Positions 48,364 through 57,047 are shown, numbered from the stretch's first letter. The stretch: 64,000 bases of DNA from Bacteroidales bacterium (GCA_041671145.1 JBAZBZ010000014.1:1727-65726); one strand, 5' to 3'. Notes: generated by a model from the letters alone, not told the origin. Program-made: numbers and translations.

Positions 48364-48544
48364 GATTATATTTATTAAAATCAAAGAAAGAATATTTATA
48401 GTTTCAGATTTTTTTGTTTACAGATAGCCAATAGTCATTGAGTCAATAGTCATTAGTTAAAAAATAAATTTTCTGATTTTTTTCGCAACCTGCAATTCAT
48501 ACATCATAATTTGAACATCAGCATGCCGAAGCAGTGTTTTTTTA

Positions 48545-49969
48545 TTATATTCCTTGTTTTTTAAAAATATGTTTTACTTTCCATCCGTAAAAGGCAAGGT
48601 AGGCAAAACAAGCCACTCCAACCATATAGCTCCATTGTATTCCAAGTAAATTATCGGAAGCTAAATATCCTTGGAGCAAACTGATAAATCCACCTCCCAT
48701 AATCATCATTATTAAAAAACTTGAGCCCTCGCTTGTGTGTTTTCCGAGTCCCGAAATTGCTAATGTAAAAATACAAGGCCAAAGAGTACTGCAAAACAAT
48801 CCAACGCTAATGAATGCAAAAACACTAACCATTCCGCTTGACAATATTCCGATTAATAATGCCGCAATACCAATAAGAGAAAAAAGTAAAAGTTGTTTTG
48901 CGGGATTTCCTTTGCTTAAAATATCGGCAACTATTAAAAAAATAATTACAAAAGCATAAATATAAAACGGAGTAATGTCGTGATTTGCGATTTTATTTAC
49001 AATCAGAAAAACTGCAAACGCAACGTATGGCATCAGAAACCCTAAAATTCTTTTCGTTCCCATTTTAAAATCAAAAGCTCCAACGGATGAAGTCCAACGA
49101 CCAATCATTAAACTCGCCCAAAAAAGCGAAACGAAAGGAGCAATTCTATCGTTTGTTAAATGTATATGCTGACGCATAAATTCAGGCAAATTGCCTGCTG
49201 TTGAAACTTCAACTCCAACATAAACAAATATGGCGAGCATTCCCAAAACAAGCTGCGGATATTTCAATGCGCTTTTTCTTTCGGCAACAACAGGAATATT
49301 GCTTTGAGCGTCATCTGTAACAGAATGTATTTTATTCGGAATATTTGAAAATTTAAAAATCAATGCGAAAACAAGAAATGCTGCACCAAGAATAAGATAT
49401 GGAATTTTTACACTTTCCATATTTGCTACAGAAATGCTTCCGACTTTGAAGCTTCCGAAAATTGCAAAGCTCACCAATAGTGGACCAATTGTAGTTCCCA
49501 AATTATTTATTCCTCCTGCCATGCTTAATCTTTGTGAACCTTTTTCGGGAGCACCCATTATAATTGTCAAAGGATTGGCAGCAGTTTGCTGCAAAGAAAA
49601 TCCCAAACCAACAATAAATAATCCTGTAATCATTAAGAGGAAAGATGATGTTTGAGCAGCTGGATAAAACAACCATGTTCCTATGGCAGAAATGACAAGT
49701 CCGAGAGCAATTCCATTTTTATAACCCATTCGGTTTAAAATGTCTCCACCCGAAAATTTTGAAATAAAATAATAAATTAACGAACCAACAGTATAAGCAA
49801 CATAAAAAGCAAATGAAATCATTTGTGCCTGCCATTGCTCTAATTTCAAATGTTCTTTAAATACAGGAATTAAAATATCATTGCTTGCTGCAACAAATCC
49901 CCAGAAAAAGAAAATGCTTATAATTGTTGCAAATGCTGAAGTATTGTTTTGTGATTGTTTGATTTGCAT
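48545..49969 (-). CDS. Sugar MFS transporter (FucP/GluP-like)
   Basis: 12 predicted TM segments. The N-terminal FFFWGFVAASNDILIPVFK block is typical of fucose/glucose-galactose permeases. Confidence 0.75.
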   Translation of the reverse strand: MQIKQSQNNTSAFATIISIFFFWGFVAASNDILIPVFKEHLKLEQWQAQMISFAFYVAYTVGSLIYYFISKFSGGDILNRMGYKNGIALGLVISAIGTWLFYPAAQTSSFLLMITGLFIVGLGFSLQQTAANPLTIIMGAPEKGSQRLSMAGGINNLGTTIGPLLVSFAIFGSFKVGSISVANMESVKIPYLILGAAFLVFALIFKFSNIPNKIHSVTDDAQSNIPVVAERKSALKYPQLVLGMLAIFVYVGVEVSTAGNLPEFMRQHIHLTNDRIAPFVSLFWASLMIGRWTSSVGAFDFKMGTKRILGFLMPYVAFAVFLIVNKIANHDITPFYIYAFVIIFLIVADILSKGNPAKQLLLFSLIGIAALLIGILSSGMVSVFAFISVGLFCSTLWPCIFTLAISGLGKHTSEGSSFLIMMIMGGGFISLLQGYLASDNLLGIQWSYMVGVACFAYLAFYGWKVKHIFKKQGI

Positions 49970-50018
49970 TTTTTCCTGAAATAGCTAATTGGCTTGTGAA
50001 AATGGATTTTATTTTCAG

Positions 50019-50026
50019 CAAAGATA
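50019..50026 (-). promoter_or_regulatory. Bacteroidota -7 box (TAnnTTTG) for the MFS sugar transporter
   Basis: Plus-strand CAAAGATA is TATCTTTG on the minus strand, 50 nt upstream of the start at 49969. Confidence 0.35.
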
Positions 50027-50099
50027 ACAAAATTTGAACTTTATGAATTTTACCAACTTATAATTTCAAAGATATTTTTATTAATAATTAAACTTCAAC

Positions 50100-50107
50100 T
50101 ATCTTTG
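50100..50107 (+). promoter_or_regulatory. Bacteroidota -7 box (TAnnTTTG) for the ECF sigma gene
   Basis: TATCTTTG lies 21-27 nt upstream of the first in-frame sense codons of the sigma reading frame. Confidence 0.45.
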
Positions 50108-50134
50108 CAAAGTCAAACGAAAAGATAAATTTTT

Positions 50135-50713
50135 CTGGAACAAGAAATATCAGATAGCATAAAAACCCTTGATGAAAAAACCTTTGAACTGCTTTTCAGG
50201 AGCAATTTTAAAGGATTATGTTTTTTTGCTGTTACTTATGTTAAGGATTACGAAACCGCAAAGGAGCTTGTTCAGGATTCGTTTATTACGCTTTGGGAAA
50301 AAAGAGATACAATAGATTTGTCGAAACCGGTTAAAACATACCTTACCACAACCATCCGCAACCGCTGTTTAAATTACCTGAGAGATAACAAAAAATTTAA
50401 TAAAGAAATATTGAATATAGAAAGCATTCATATTGAAGCCGAGCAAGCCGATAACAAACTCGGTGAAAAAGAATTAAAAAATAAGATAAATGATGCTATA
50501 AGTGAACTTCCCGAAAAATGCAGAGAAGTGTTTATTTTAAGCCGTTATGAAAATTTGAAATACCAGCAAATTGCCGATACATTGCAGATTTCAATTAAAA
50601 CCGTTGAAACACAAATGTCTAAAGCATTGCAGCACATGAGAGAGCGGCTTGCAGAGTATATAAATGCTTTGTTAATAATTATATCGGAAATTTTGTTTAT
50701 GAATAAATTTTAA
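50135..50713 (+). CDS. ECF-type RNA polymerase sigma factor (Bacteroidota FecI-like); 5' end lacks a canonical start codon
   Basis: The ORF track begins at TTG 50318. The same frame is open back to 50129 and encodes region 2: LEQEISDSIKTLDEKTFELLFRSNFKGLCFFAVTYVKDYETAKELVQDSFITLWEKR. The only candidate starts are ATT 50129, CTG 50135 and ATA 50147. Region 4 is present (YENLKYQQIADTLQISIKTVETQMSKAL). Confidence 0.7.
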   Translation: MEQEISDSIKTLDEKTFELLFRSNFKGLCFFAVTYVKDYETAKELVQDSFITLWEKRDTIDLSKPVKTYLTTTIRNRCLNYLRDNKKFNKEILNIESIHIEAEQADNKLGEKELKNKINDAISELPEKCREVFILSRYENLKYQQIADTLQISIKTVETQMSKALQHMRERLAEYINALLIIISEILFMNKF

Positions 50714-50732
50714 CTTTTTTTTAAACTTCATA

Positions 50733-50760
50733 AGGGTATGAATAATTTTATGTGTATTAT
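50733..50760 (+). promoter_or_regulatory. Bipartite motif AGGGT-N14-GTGTATTAT, copy P1 (upstream of the anti-sigma gene)
   Basis: Same half-sites and spacing as 55664-55691 and 55845-55872. Confidence 0.4.
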
Positions 50761-50782
50761 AGTCGAAAAACAGAAATAAAAA

Positions 50783-51811
50783 ATGGAAAACAACCAGACA
50801 TATTATACAGATTTGTTAGCAAAGTACTTCTCCGGTGAAGCAAACACCGAAGAAATGCTTCTGCTTTCCGACTGGTTGAATTCCGATGTTAATAATAAAA
50901 AAACATTTGAGGAATATCAGAAAACATGGTTTGCTATTGAAAAGAATAAAATCGAAACAAAGCTTGATGTAGAAGATGAATGGCTAAAAGTTAAATCCAA
51001 AATAAGCAAGGAAACAAAAGAAGAAACTCCTGTTTACCGCCTTGCACCTGTTGAAGCACAGAGCAAGAACATTTTCGTGAAAGTTTTGAGAATAGCAGCT
51101 GTAATTTTGCTGCTCTGTGTTTCAACTTATTTTATTTACAATTATCTTAACAAACCTAAATACGAAACACTCATTGCACAGGTTGAAACCATAAAAAACA
51201 AATTACCCGATGGCAGTGAAATAACACTGAATGCAAATTCCACTATTGAATATCCTAAAAAATTCGCAGGAAATAAAAGAGTTATAAAACTTAAAGGTGA
51301 AGCATACTTTAATGTTACACATGACAAAACAAAACCTTTTATTGTTTCAACAGATGATATAAATATTGAAGTTTTGGGAACATCATTTTATGTAAATACT
51401 AACGGTGCAAACGGCAAGGTTGAAGTAGTTCTTACCGAAGGCAGAGTAGCAATTTATTACAAAAATAATATTTCTGAAAAAATAATTCTTGCATCAGGCG
51501 AGAAAGCCGAAATTTCAAAAACAGAGGAAACAATAACGAAATCGGTGAACAATGATGAAAATTATATGGCATTTAAAACAAAGAAAATTATTTTTAATAA
51601 TACATCTTTAAAAGAACTTGTAAAGACCTTAAATAAAGTTTATCATTCCGATATTATAATTAAAAACAATAAGCTATCAGATTGTACGGTAAATGTTTCA
51701 TTCGATAACCAATCTCTGGAGTCGGTTTTAAATGTTCTTAAATCAACGCTTGATATAAAAATAAAAACCAACGGTTCCAAAATTGAAATCAACGGCAACG
51801 GTTGCAAATAA
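50783..51811 (+). CDS. FecR-family anti-sigma factor / transmembrane sensor
   Basis: N-terminal cytoplasmic segment, single TM (IAAVILLLCVSTYFIY), FecR domain (GEAYFNVTHDKTKPFIV...LGTSFYV), and a C-terminal DUF4974-like segment. Confidence 0.85.
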   Translation: MENNQTYYTDLLAKYFSGEANTEEMLLLSDWLNSDVNNKKTFEEYQKTWFAIEKNKIETKLDVEDEWLKVKSKISKETKEETPVYRLAPVEAQSKNIFVKVLRIAAVILLLCVSTYFIYNYLNKPKYETLIAQVETIKNKLPDGSEITLNANSTIEYPKKFAGNKRVIKLKGEAYFNVTHDKTKPFIVSTDDINIEVLGTSFYVNTNGANGKVEVVLTEGRVAIYYKNNISEKIILASGEKAEISKTEETITKSVNNDENYMAFKTKKIIFNNTSLKELVKTLNKVYHSDIIIKNNKLSDCTVNVSFDNQSLESVLNVLKSTLDIKIKTNGSKIEINGNGCK

Positions 51812-51820
51812 CCAAAATTT

Positions 51821-54634
51821 ATGCTGGCATTGAAGTCCCTAAAAATTGAGTATGGTTTTTTTAGTGTGCATCTAAGAACTGAATTTTCAGATGTTTTTGC
51901 CCCAACCCTAAAGGGTGAAACATCTGAAAATTTGCCTCCCTTTAGGGTTTGGGATAAAGCAAATTTTCAGATATTCAAGGTATTCTTTATATTCTTTTTT
52001 TTATTATTCTCTTTTAATTTTTCTTTTTCGCAGAATATTGAAAATAAAATAACAATTAAAGAAAAAGATAAAACACTCGGTGAAATTATAAATGAAATAA
52101 GCGATTTGGGTAAGGTAAATTTTTCGTACAGTCCATCGCTACTACCTCTCGATAAAAAAATAACTATAAAAGCAAAAAACAAAACTATAAAAGAGATTTG
52201 CGATGAAATTTTCACAAAGAATGGAATTGACTACATAGTTGTGGAAAAACAAATAGTTCTGAAGCCACATAAAAAAGAAGATATTCAAAACAAAGAGGAA
52301 AAACAAGTCCCAAAAGAAAAACCTAAATACACAATAAGCGGATATGTAAAAGATAAAACCACCGGCGAAATTCTGATTGGCGCAACAGTTTACATAAAAG
52401 GAACAACTACCGGAAATAATACAAATGCTTATGGATTTTATTCATTGACTTTGCCTGAAGGCAATTATAAACTTGCGACTTCATTTATCGGTTATAAAAA
52501 TATTGTACAGGATTTGGAGTTGAAATCAAATCAGAAAATTTCGATGGATATGGAAGTTGAAAAAATTGAAATTAAAGCTGTTGAAATAAAAGTAGAAGAG
52601 AAACCTGAAGAAGTGATAAGAGAAAATCAGTTTGGCAATATGAAATTATCTCCGAGAACAATCACGAAAATGCCCGGTTTTGTTGGCGAGGTTGATATAA
52701 TAAAGTCGTTGCAGGCAGTTCCCGGAATTAAATCTTATGGCGATGGTTCTTCACTTTTTTATGTTCGCGGGGGAAACAGTGACCAGAATTATATTTTACT
52801 TGATGAAGCTCCTATTTACAATCCTTCACATTTATTCGGATTCTTTTCTGCTTTTGCCCCCGATGCAATAAAAGACATTGAAGCATACAAAGGCGATTTT
52901 CCCGCAAACTACGGCGGAAGATTATCTTCTGTTATTGACATTAAATCGAAAGACGGAAACATGAAGAAACTTTGTTTCGGCGGAAGTATAGGATTATTTA
53001 CTTCAAATCTTTCATTTGAAGGACCTTTTAAAAAAGATAAAAGCTCTTTTTATATTTCATTAAGGCGCTCAAATCTTGAATGGCTTATAATTCCATTAAC
53101 AAAAACCACTAATAATTTAAAATTCGGATTTTCAGATTTTAATACAAAACTTAATTTCAGGATTAATGATAACAACCGCCTTTTTTTCACTATTTATGGA
53201 GGCAAAGACGAATATAGCATGATAGGTACATCTAAAATAAATACCAATGGAATAAGTTGGACTAATTTTTTATTTACAACACGATGGAATCATATTTTTA
53301 GTAATAAGCTTTTTTCAAATACAACATTATATACAAGTAATTATAATTATTATTTATACATTTCCAGAGGACTTAAAGATTACTGGAATTCGTCAATAGG
53401 AAATTTCAATATTAAAACCGATTTTACTTATTACCCTAATCCCAAAAACACAATTAAAACCGGAATAGATTTCGGAACTCATATTTCAAATCCCGGTAAT
53501 ATGAGCTTGTCTGATAAAGCCATTCAAGAACAAATACCGACTGTTCCAAAATACAATTCGCATGAACTTGATTTTTATTTAAGCAACGACCATAAAATAA
53601 ATGAAAAAATTTCAATACGATATGGCTTTAGAATTCCTACATGGAAGGATTTTGGAGAAACAACCGTATATCATTATAATGTAAATTATGAGGTTATGGA
53701 TACGCAGAAAGTTGATAGTAAAACCGTATATTCAACTTTTGTCAGCTTTGAACCAAGAATAAATATTACATATTCCATAAATAAAAGTTCATCATTAAAA
53801 GCCGACTACAGCAGAACAACACAATTCATACAATTATTATCAAATTCAATAAGTCCGTTTACATCACTTGAAGTGTGGGCTCCAAGCGGACCAACTATAA
53901 AACCACAGAAAGCAGACCAATTCTCCGTTGGTTACTTTCAAGGGCTTTTAAAATCAAAACTTGTATTTTCGGTAGAACCATTTTACAAAATATTCTATAA
54001 TCAGATTGATTATAAAGACCACGCCAATATGCTTTTCAATCCATTGCTCGAAGGAGAACTACGATTCGGAAAAGCTTGGTCGTATGGAACGGAATTTATG
54101 TTCAGAAAGATGGAAGGTAAATTCAGCGGCTGGATTGGATATACCTATTCGCGAACATTTAAGCAAATTAAAGGAATAAACAATAATGAAAAATATCCGG
54201 CTTCTTATGACAGACCTCATGATGTTTGCATAAATTTATCTTACAATGTCAAACACTGGATATTTTCGGCAGGATGGATATATGCTACCGGCGGTGCCAT
54301 AACAACTCCAACAGGTTTCTATTATTATAACGGATACAATGTTCCTGTTTATGACTCAAAAAATAATGCTCGCCTTCCCGATTATCACAGATGGGATATT
54401 TCCATAACATACAATATAAACAAACCGGAAAGAAAATATCAACACAGTTTTGTTTTCACATTGTATAACGCTTATGGCAGAGCAAATCCTTTTTCAGTAA
54501 ACTTTAATAAAATAATGACAGATAACGGTAAGTTTGTTTTACCAACAAACCTTAACGGTGATTATAAAATTATCCCGACAACTATTTCTGTGGCGGGAGT
54601 TATTCCATCAATATCATATAATTTTAAATTTTAA
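51821..54634 (+). CDS. TonB-dependent receptor with N-terminal STN signalling domain and CarboxypepD_reg-like domain
   Basis: STN-like ITIKEKDKTLGEIINEIS...IVLKP, then the CarboxypepD_reg-like YTISGYVKDKTTGEILIGATVYIKG, a plug (IKSLQAVPGI...VRGG), and a beta-barrel ending in F. The signal peptide (KVFFIFFFLLFSFNFSFSQ) begins only at residue ~53 of the ATG-initiated ORF. TTG at 51932 or GTG at 51866 are alternative starts. Confidence 0.85.
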   Translation: MLALKSLKIEYGFFSVHLRTEFSDVFAPTLKGETSENLPPFRVWDKANFQIFKVFFIFFFLLFSFNFSFSQNIENKITIKEKDKTLGEIINEISDLGKVNFSYSPSLLPLDKKITIKAKNKTIKEICDEIFTKNGIDYIVVEKQIVLKPHKKEDIQNKEEKQVPKEKPKYTISGYVKDKTTGEILIGATVYIKGTTTGNNTNAYGFYSLTLPEGNYKLATSFIGYKNIVQDLELKSNQKISMDMEVEKIEIKAVEIKVEEKPEEVIRENQFGNMKLSPRTITKMPGFVGEVDIIKSLQAVPGIKSYGDGSSLFYVRGGNSDQNYILLDEAPIYNPSHLFGFFSAFAPDAIKDIEAYKGDFPANYGGRLSSVIDIKSKDGNMKKLCFGGSIGLFTSNLSFEGPFKKDKSSFYISLRRSNLEWLIIPLTKTTNNLKFGFSDFNTKLNFRINDNNRLFFTIYGGKDEYSMIGTSKINTNGISWTNFLFTTRWNHIFSNKLFSNTTLYTSNYNYYLYISRGLKDYWNSSIGNFNIKTDFTYYPNPKNTIKTGIDFGTHISNPGNMSLSDKAIQEQIPTVPKYNSHELDFYLSNDHKINEKISIRYGFRIPTWKDFGETTVYHYNVNYEVMDTQKVDSKTVYSTFVSFEPRINITYSINKSSSLKADYSRTTQFIQLLSNSISPFTSLEVWAPSGPTIKPQKADQFSVGYFQGLLKSKLVFSVEPFYKIFYNQIDYKDHANMLFNPLLEGELRFGKAWSYGTEFMFRKMEGKFSGWIGYTYSRTFKQIKGINNNEKYPASYDRPHDVCINLSYNVKHWIFSAGWIYATGGAITTPTGFYYYNGYNVPVYDSKNNARLPDYHRWDISITYNINKPERKYQHSFVFTLYNAYGRANPFSVNFNKIMTDNGKFVLPTNLNGDYKIIPTTISVAGVIPSISYNFKF
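51882..51972 (+). repeat. Structured repeat family, copy C, lying inside the annotated 5' end of the TonB-dependent receptor ORF
   Basis: Hairpin 1 is AATTTTCAGATGTTT (51882-51896) / AAACATCTGAAAATT (51918-51932). Hairpin 2 is ATCTGAAAATTTGC (51922-51935) / GCAAATTTTCAGAT (51959-51972). The loop TTGCCCCAACCCTAAAGGGTG is identical to copy B. Confidence 0.65.
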
Positions 54635-54709
54635 AAAATAGAAATATGAGGTAAGAAGCATGAAAAATTTTGCATCTATTTTAAGGTTTATGAAAAAATA
54701 TTATAAAAA

Positions 54710-55528
54710 ATGAAAAAAATATTTTACATAATTATTTTATTGTTCTTGTTTAGTTGTGAAAAAAAAACCGATTGGCAATTAAAAGAAAAACACACCGATT
54801 TGATTGTTGTTGACGGCATAATTACAGATGAACAAAAATCGCATGAAATAAAAATCACTCACTCTGTTTCTGAATTGAATAAAACACCTCAACCGGTTGC
54901 GGGTGCAAGTGTAATTATAAGTAGCGAAGATTCTGTTTGGAATTTAACCGAACAACCCGCAAATTCGGGAATTTATAAAACAGCTAATATTTTCAAAGCA
55001 CAATTGGAAAAGCATTATACTTTATTGATAAATTACAACAGCAAAATTTATACGGCAAAAACATATATGGTAAGTGGCAGTGGTTTTGTACCTTTAGTAT
55101 ATGCAAAAAATGGTGACAGTAAATTTTATCATATCGAAAAAGTTTGTAGTCCCTATAATCCCAACCAGCCGGCTATGTGGGAATTATCATTAGATTGGTC
55201 AAATGTGCCTGAGTATAAAGATTCTGTTCCCGAAAAATGTAAAGCAAAACTTATGTATTATACTTTGCCTACAATAGATGTAAGTGAAGTGTTTTCGCCT
55301 GATAAGGGAAAAATAGCATTTCCTGCCGGCACCAAAATCATTGAAAGACGATATTCCTTAACACCCGAACATGTTGAATTTTTAAGAGCTTTACTATCGG
55401 AAACAACATGGAGTGGTGGATTATTCGATTCCGCACATTCAAATGTACCAACGAACTTAAGTGAAGGCGCCACAGGATTTTTCGCTGCATGTGCTGTTAC
55501 TTCCGTGTCAATTACTGTACTGCCTTGA
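54710..55528 (+). CDS. DUF4249-family lipoprotein (usual partner of this TonB-receptor class)
   Basis: Lipobox LFLFSCEK; LIVVDGIITDEQKSHEIKITHS motif. It sits directly downstream of the receptor. Confidence 0.7.
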   Translation: MKKIFYIIILLFLFSCEKKTDWQLKEKHTDLIVVDGIITDEQKSHEIKITHSVSELNKTPQPVAGASVIISSEDSVWNLTEQPANSGIYKTANIFKAQLEKHYTLLINYNSKIYTAKTYMVSGSGFVPLVYAKNGDSKFYHIEKVCSPYNPNQPAMWELSLDWSNVPEYKDSVPEKCKAKLMYYTLPTIDVSEVFSPDKGKIAFPAGTKIIERRYSLTPEHVEFLRALLSETTWSGGLFDSAHSNVPTNLSEGATGFFAACAVTSVSITVLP

Positions 55529-55566
55529 AAATAAATTAAGTATAAAACTGAATTTTCTTTTTTAAA

Positions 55567-55642
55567 ACCGCAAAGGCACAAAATCGCAAAGTCGCAAATG
55601 AAATGTTTATTTCAAAACTTTGCGATTTTGTGCCTTTGCGGT
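55567..55642 (+). terminator. Very long perfect hairpin (26-bp stem) closing the ECF/receptor operon
   Basis: ACCGCAAAGGCACAAAATCGCAAAGT (55567-55592) is the exact reverse complement of 55617-55642. There is an extra inner 6-bp stem (55599-55604/55609-55614). AAAATATTTTTT follows. Confidence 0.6.
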
Positions 55643-55663
55643 AAAATATTTTTTAGTTTGTTC

Positions 55664-55691
55664 AGGGTGTATTTTGTTTTATGTGTATTAT
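55664..55691 (+). promoter_or_regulatory. Bipartite motif AGGGT-N14-GTGTATTAT, copy P2
   Basis: AGGGT at 55664-55668 and GTGTATTAT at 55683-55691. Confidence 0.4.
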
Positions 55692-55734
55692 TAATGAACA
55701 AAAACAAAATTATAAACCTTAAAAACCAAAAACC

Positions 55735-55818
55735 ATGAAAACAATAAAAGAAAAAATCTACTGGATAATTTACGTAATGTTCATGATTTGCATAATTCTT
55801 CCAACATTTTTAAAATAA
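55735..55818 (+). CDS. Candidate 27-aa hydrophobic small ORF (MKTIKEKIYWIIYVMFMICIILPTFLK)
   Basis: Own translation. The upstream ~70 nt and first codons duplicate those of the lipoprotein gene at 55934. It may be a remnant rather than a gene. Confidence 0.25.
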   Translation: MKTIKEKIYWIIYVMFMICIILPTFLK

Positions 55819-55844
55819 TATTTAAAAAATATAATAAGCTCATC

Positions 55845-55872
55845 AGGGTAAAATAAATTTGAAGTGTATTAT
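55845..55872 (+). promoter_or_regulatory. Bipartite motif AGGGT-N14-GTGTATTAT, copy P3 (upstream of the lipoprotein gene)
   Basis: AGGGT at 55845-55849 and GTGTATTAT at 55864-55872, followed by TCGAAAAGCA as in P1 (TCGAAAAACA). Confidence 0.4.
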
Positions 55873-55933
55873 TATCGAAAAGCAATAAAAATAAGAAATA
55901 AAATAAATTATAAACCTTAAAAAAATCAAAACC

Positions 55934-56857
55934 ATGAAAACAAAAGAATTAAAAAAATTAGCAATTATTCTGGTAGCTGTGATAGGGATCGGCATAACCG
56001 GATGTAAGAAAGATGAAAAACAAACCAACACTGATTCAATGCAACAACTTTCAAGCGACCAAAACTCAGTTCAGGGTGCTTCCGATGAAGGACTGAATGA
56101 TGCTAATGGTGTGTTGGAACAAGGAGCAGCATCAAGGGGATACAAGTTACCATGTAATGTTACATTAGATACTGTTATTATTACCGGAGATACTGTTAAA
56201 TATACTTTAACATATAATGGTTTAAACTGTCTGCAAAATGTTAACAGGTCTGGTGTTGTTATTGTTAAAAAGAAATTAAGTGATTTATGGAAAACTGCCG
56301 GAACAAAAGTTTATGTACAGTTTATTAATTTTAAAATAACAAAACATGCAAGAACTGTAACTGTAAACGGAATAAAAGTTTTTGAAAATGTAAGTGGCGG
56401 CTTTGTATTCAATTTAGGTGATGGAACAACTACATCTGTTACACACAGAGTTTCAGGTTATCTTAATGCAACTTTCGAAGACGGTACAGCAAGAACATGG
56501 AATATAGCAAGACAATTAACTTACACCGGTAATGCAAGCACTCAGCAATTAGTATTAACTGCCGATGGTTTTGGCTCAGCTGACGGATATTCAAATCTTG
56601 AAACATGGGGTACTACAAGAAAAGGAGATGCTTTCTATTCACAAATATTAACTCCGGTTTCAATAAAACAGGAATGTGCATGGGATGCAGCATCAGGTGC
56701 ATTATCAATATCAATACCAGCCGAAACTATAAAAGCAACAATCACATGTGGGTTTGATAAAAATGATAAACCAATAACCAATGGTGACTGTCCTGCAAAA
56801 TTCAAACTTGATTGGGAAAAACAAGGCAAATCAGGTACAATATTTTGCTGGCTGTAA
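55934..56857 (+). CDS. Lipoprotein, hypothetical
   Basis: Lipobox GIGITGCKKDEK. 307 aa and beta-rich, with no motif I recognise. Confidence 0.65.
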   Translation: MKTKELKKLAIILVAVIGIGITGCKKDEKQTNTDSMQQLSSDQNSVQGASDEGLNDANGVLEQGAASRGYKLPCNVTLDTVIITGDTVKYTLTYNGLNCLQNVNRSGVVIVKKKLSDLWKTAGTKVYVQFINFKITKHARTVTVNGIKVFENVSGGFVFNLGDGTTTSVTHRVSGYLNATFEDGTARTWNIARQLTYTGNASTQQLVLTADGFGSADGYSNLETWGTTRKGDAFYSQILTPVSIKQECAWDAASGALSISIPAETIKATITCGFDKNDKPITNGDCPAKFKLDWEKQGKSGTIFCWL

Positions 56858-56874
56858 ATAATAAATTATCAAAA

Positions 56875-56907
56875 AAGGACTGGCTTTATTCAAGCCAGTC
56901 CTTTTTT
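56875..56907 (+). terminator. Intrinsic terminator
   Basis: AAGGACTGGCTT (56875-56886) pairs with AAGCCAGTCCTT (56892-56903) in a perfect 12-bp stem with a 5-nt loop, followed by TTTT. Confidence 0.75.
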
Positions 56908-57047
56908 CGTTTTGTACAACAATTTCATTTTATTTCGTGCAGGTTTAATAATATCAACAAGTTAATTTTAAAAATAATAATTATTTTGTCAAAATTACAT
57001 AAAAATAAAATTTGATAGAGTAATTTACTAAATTAGCATTTACTAAA

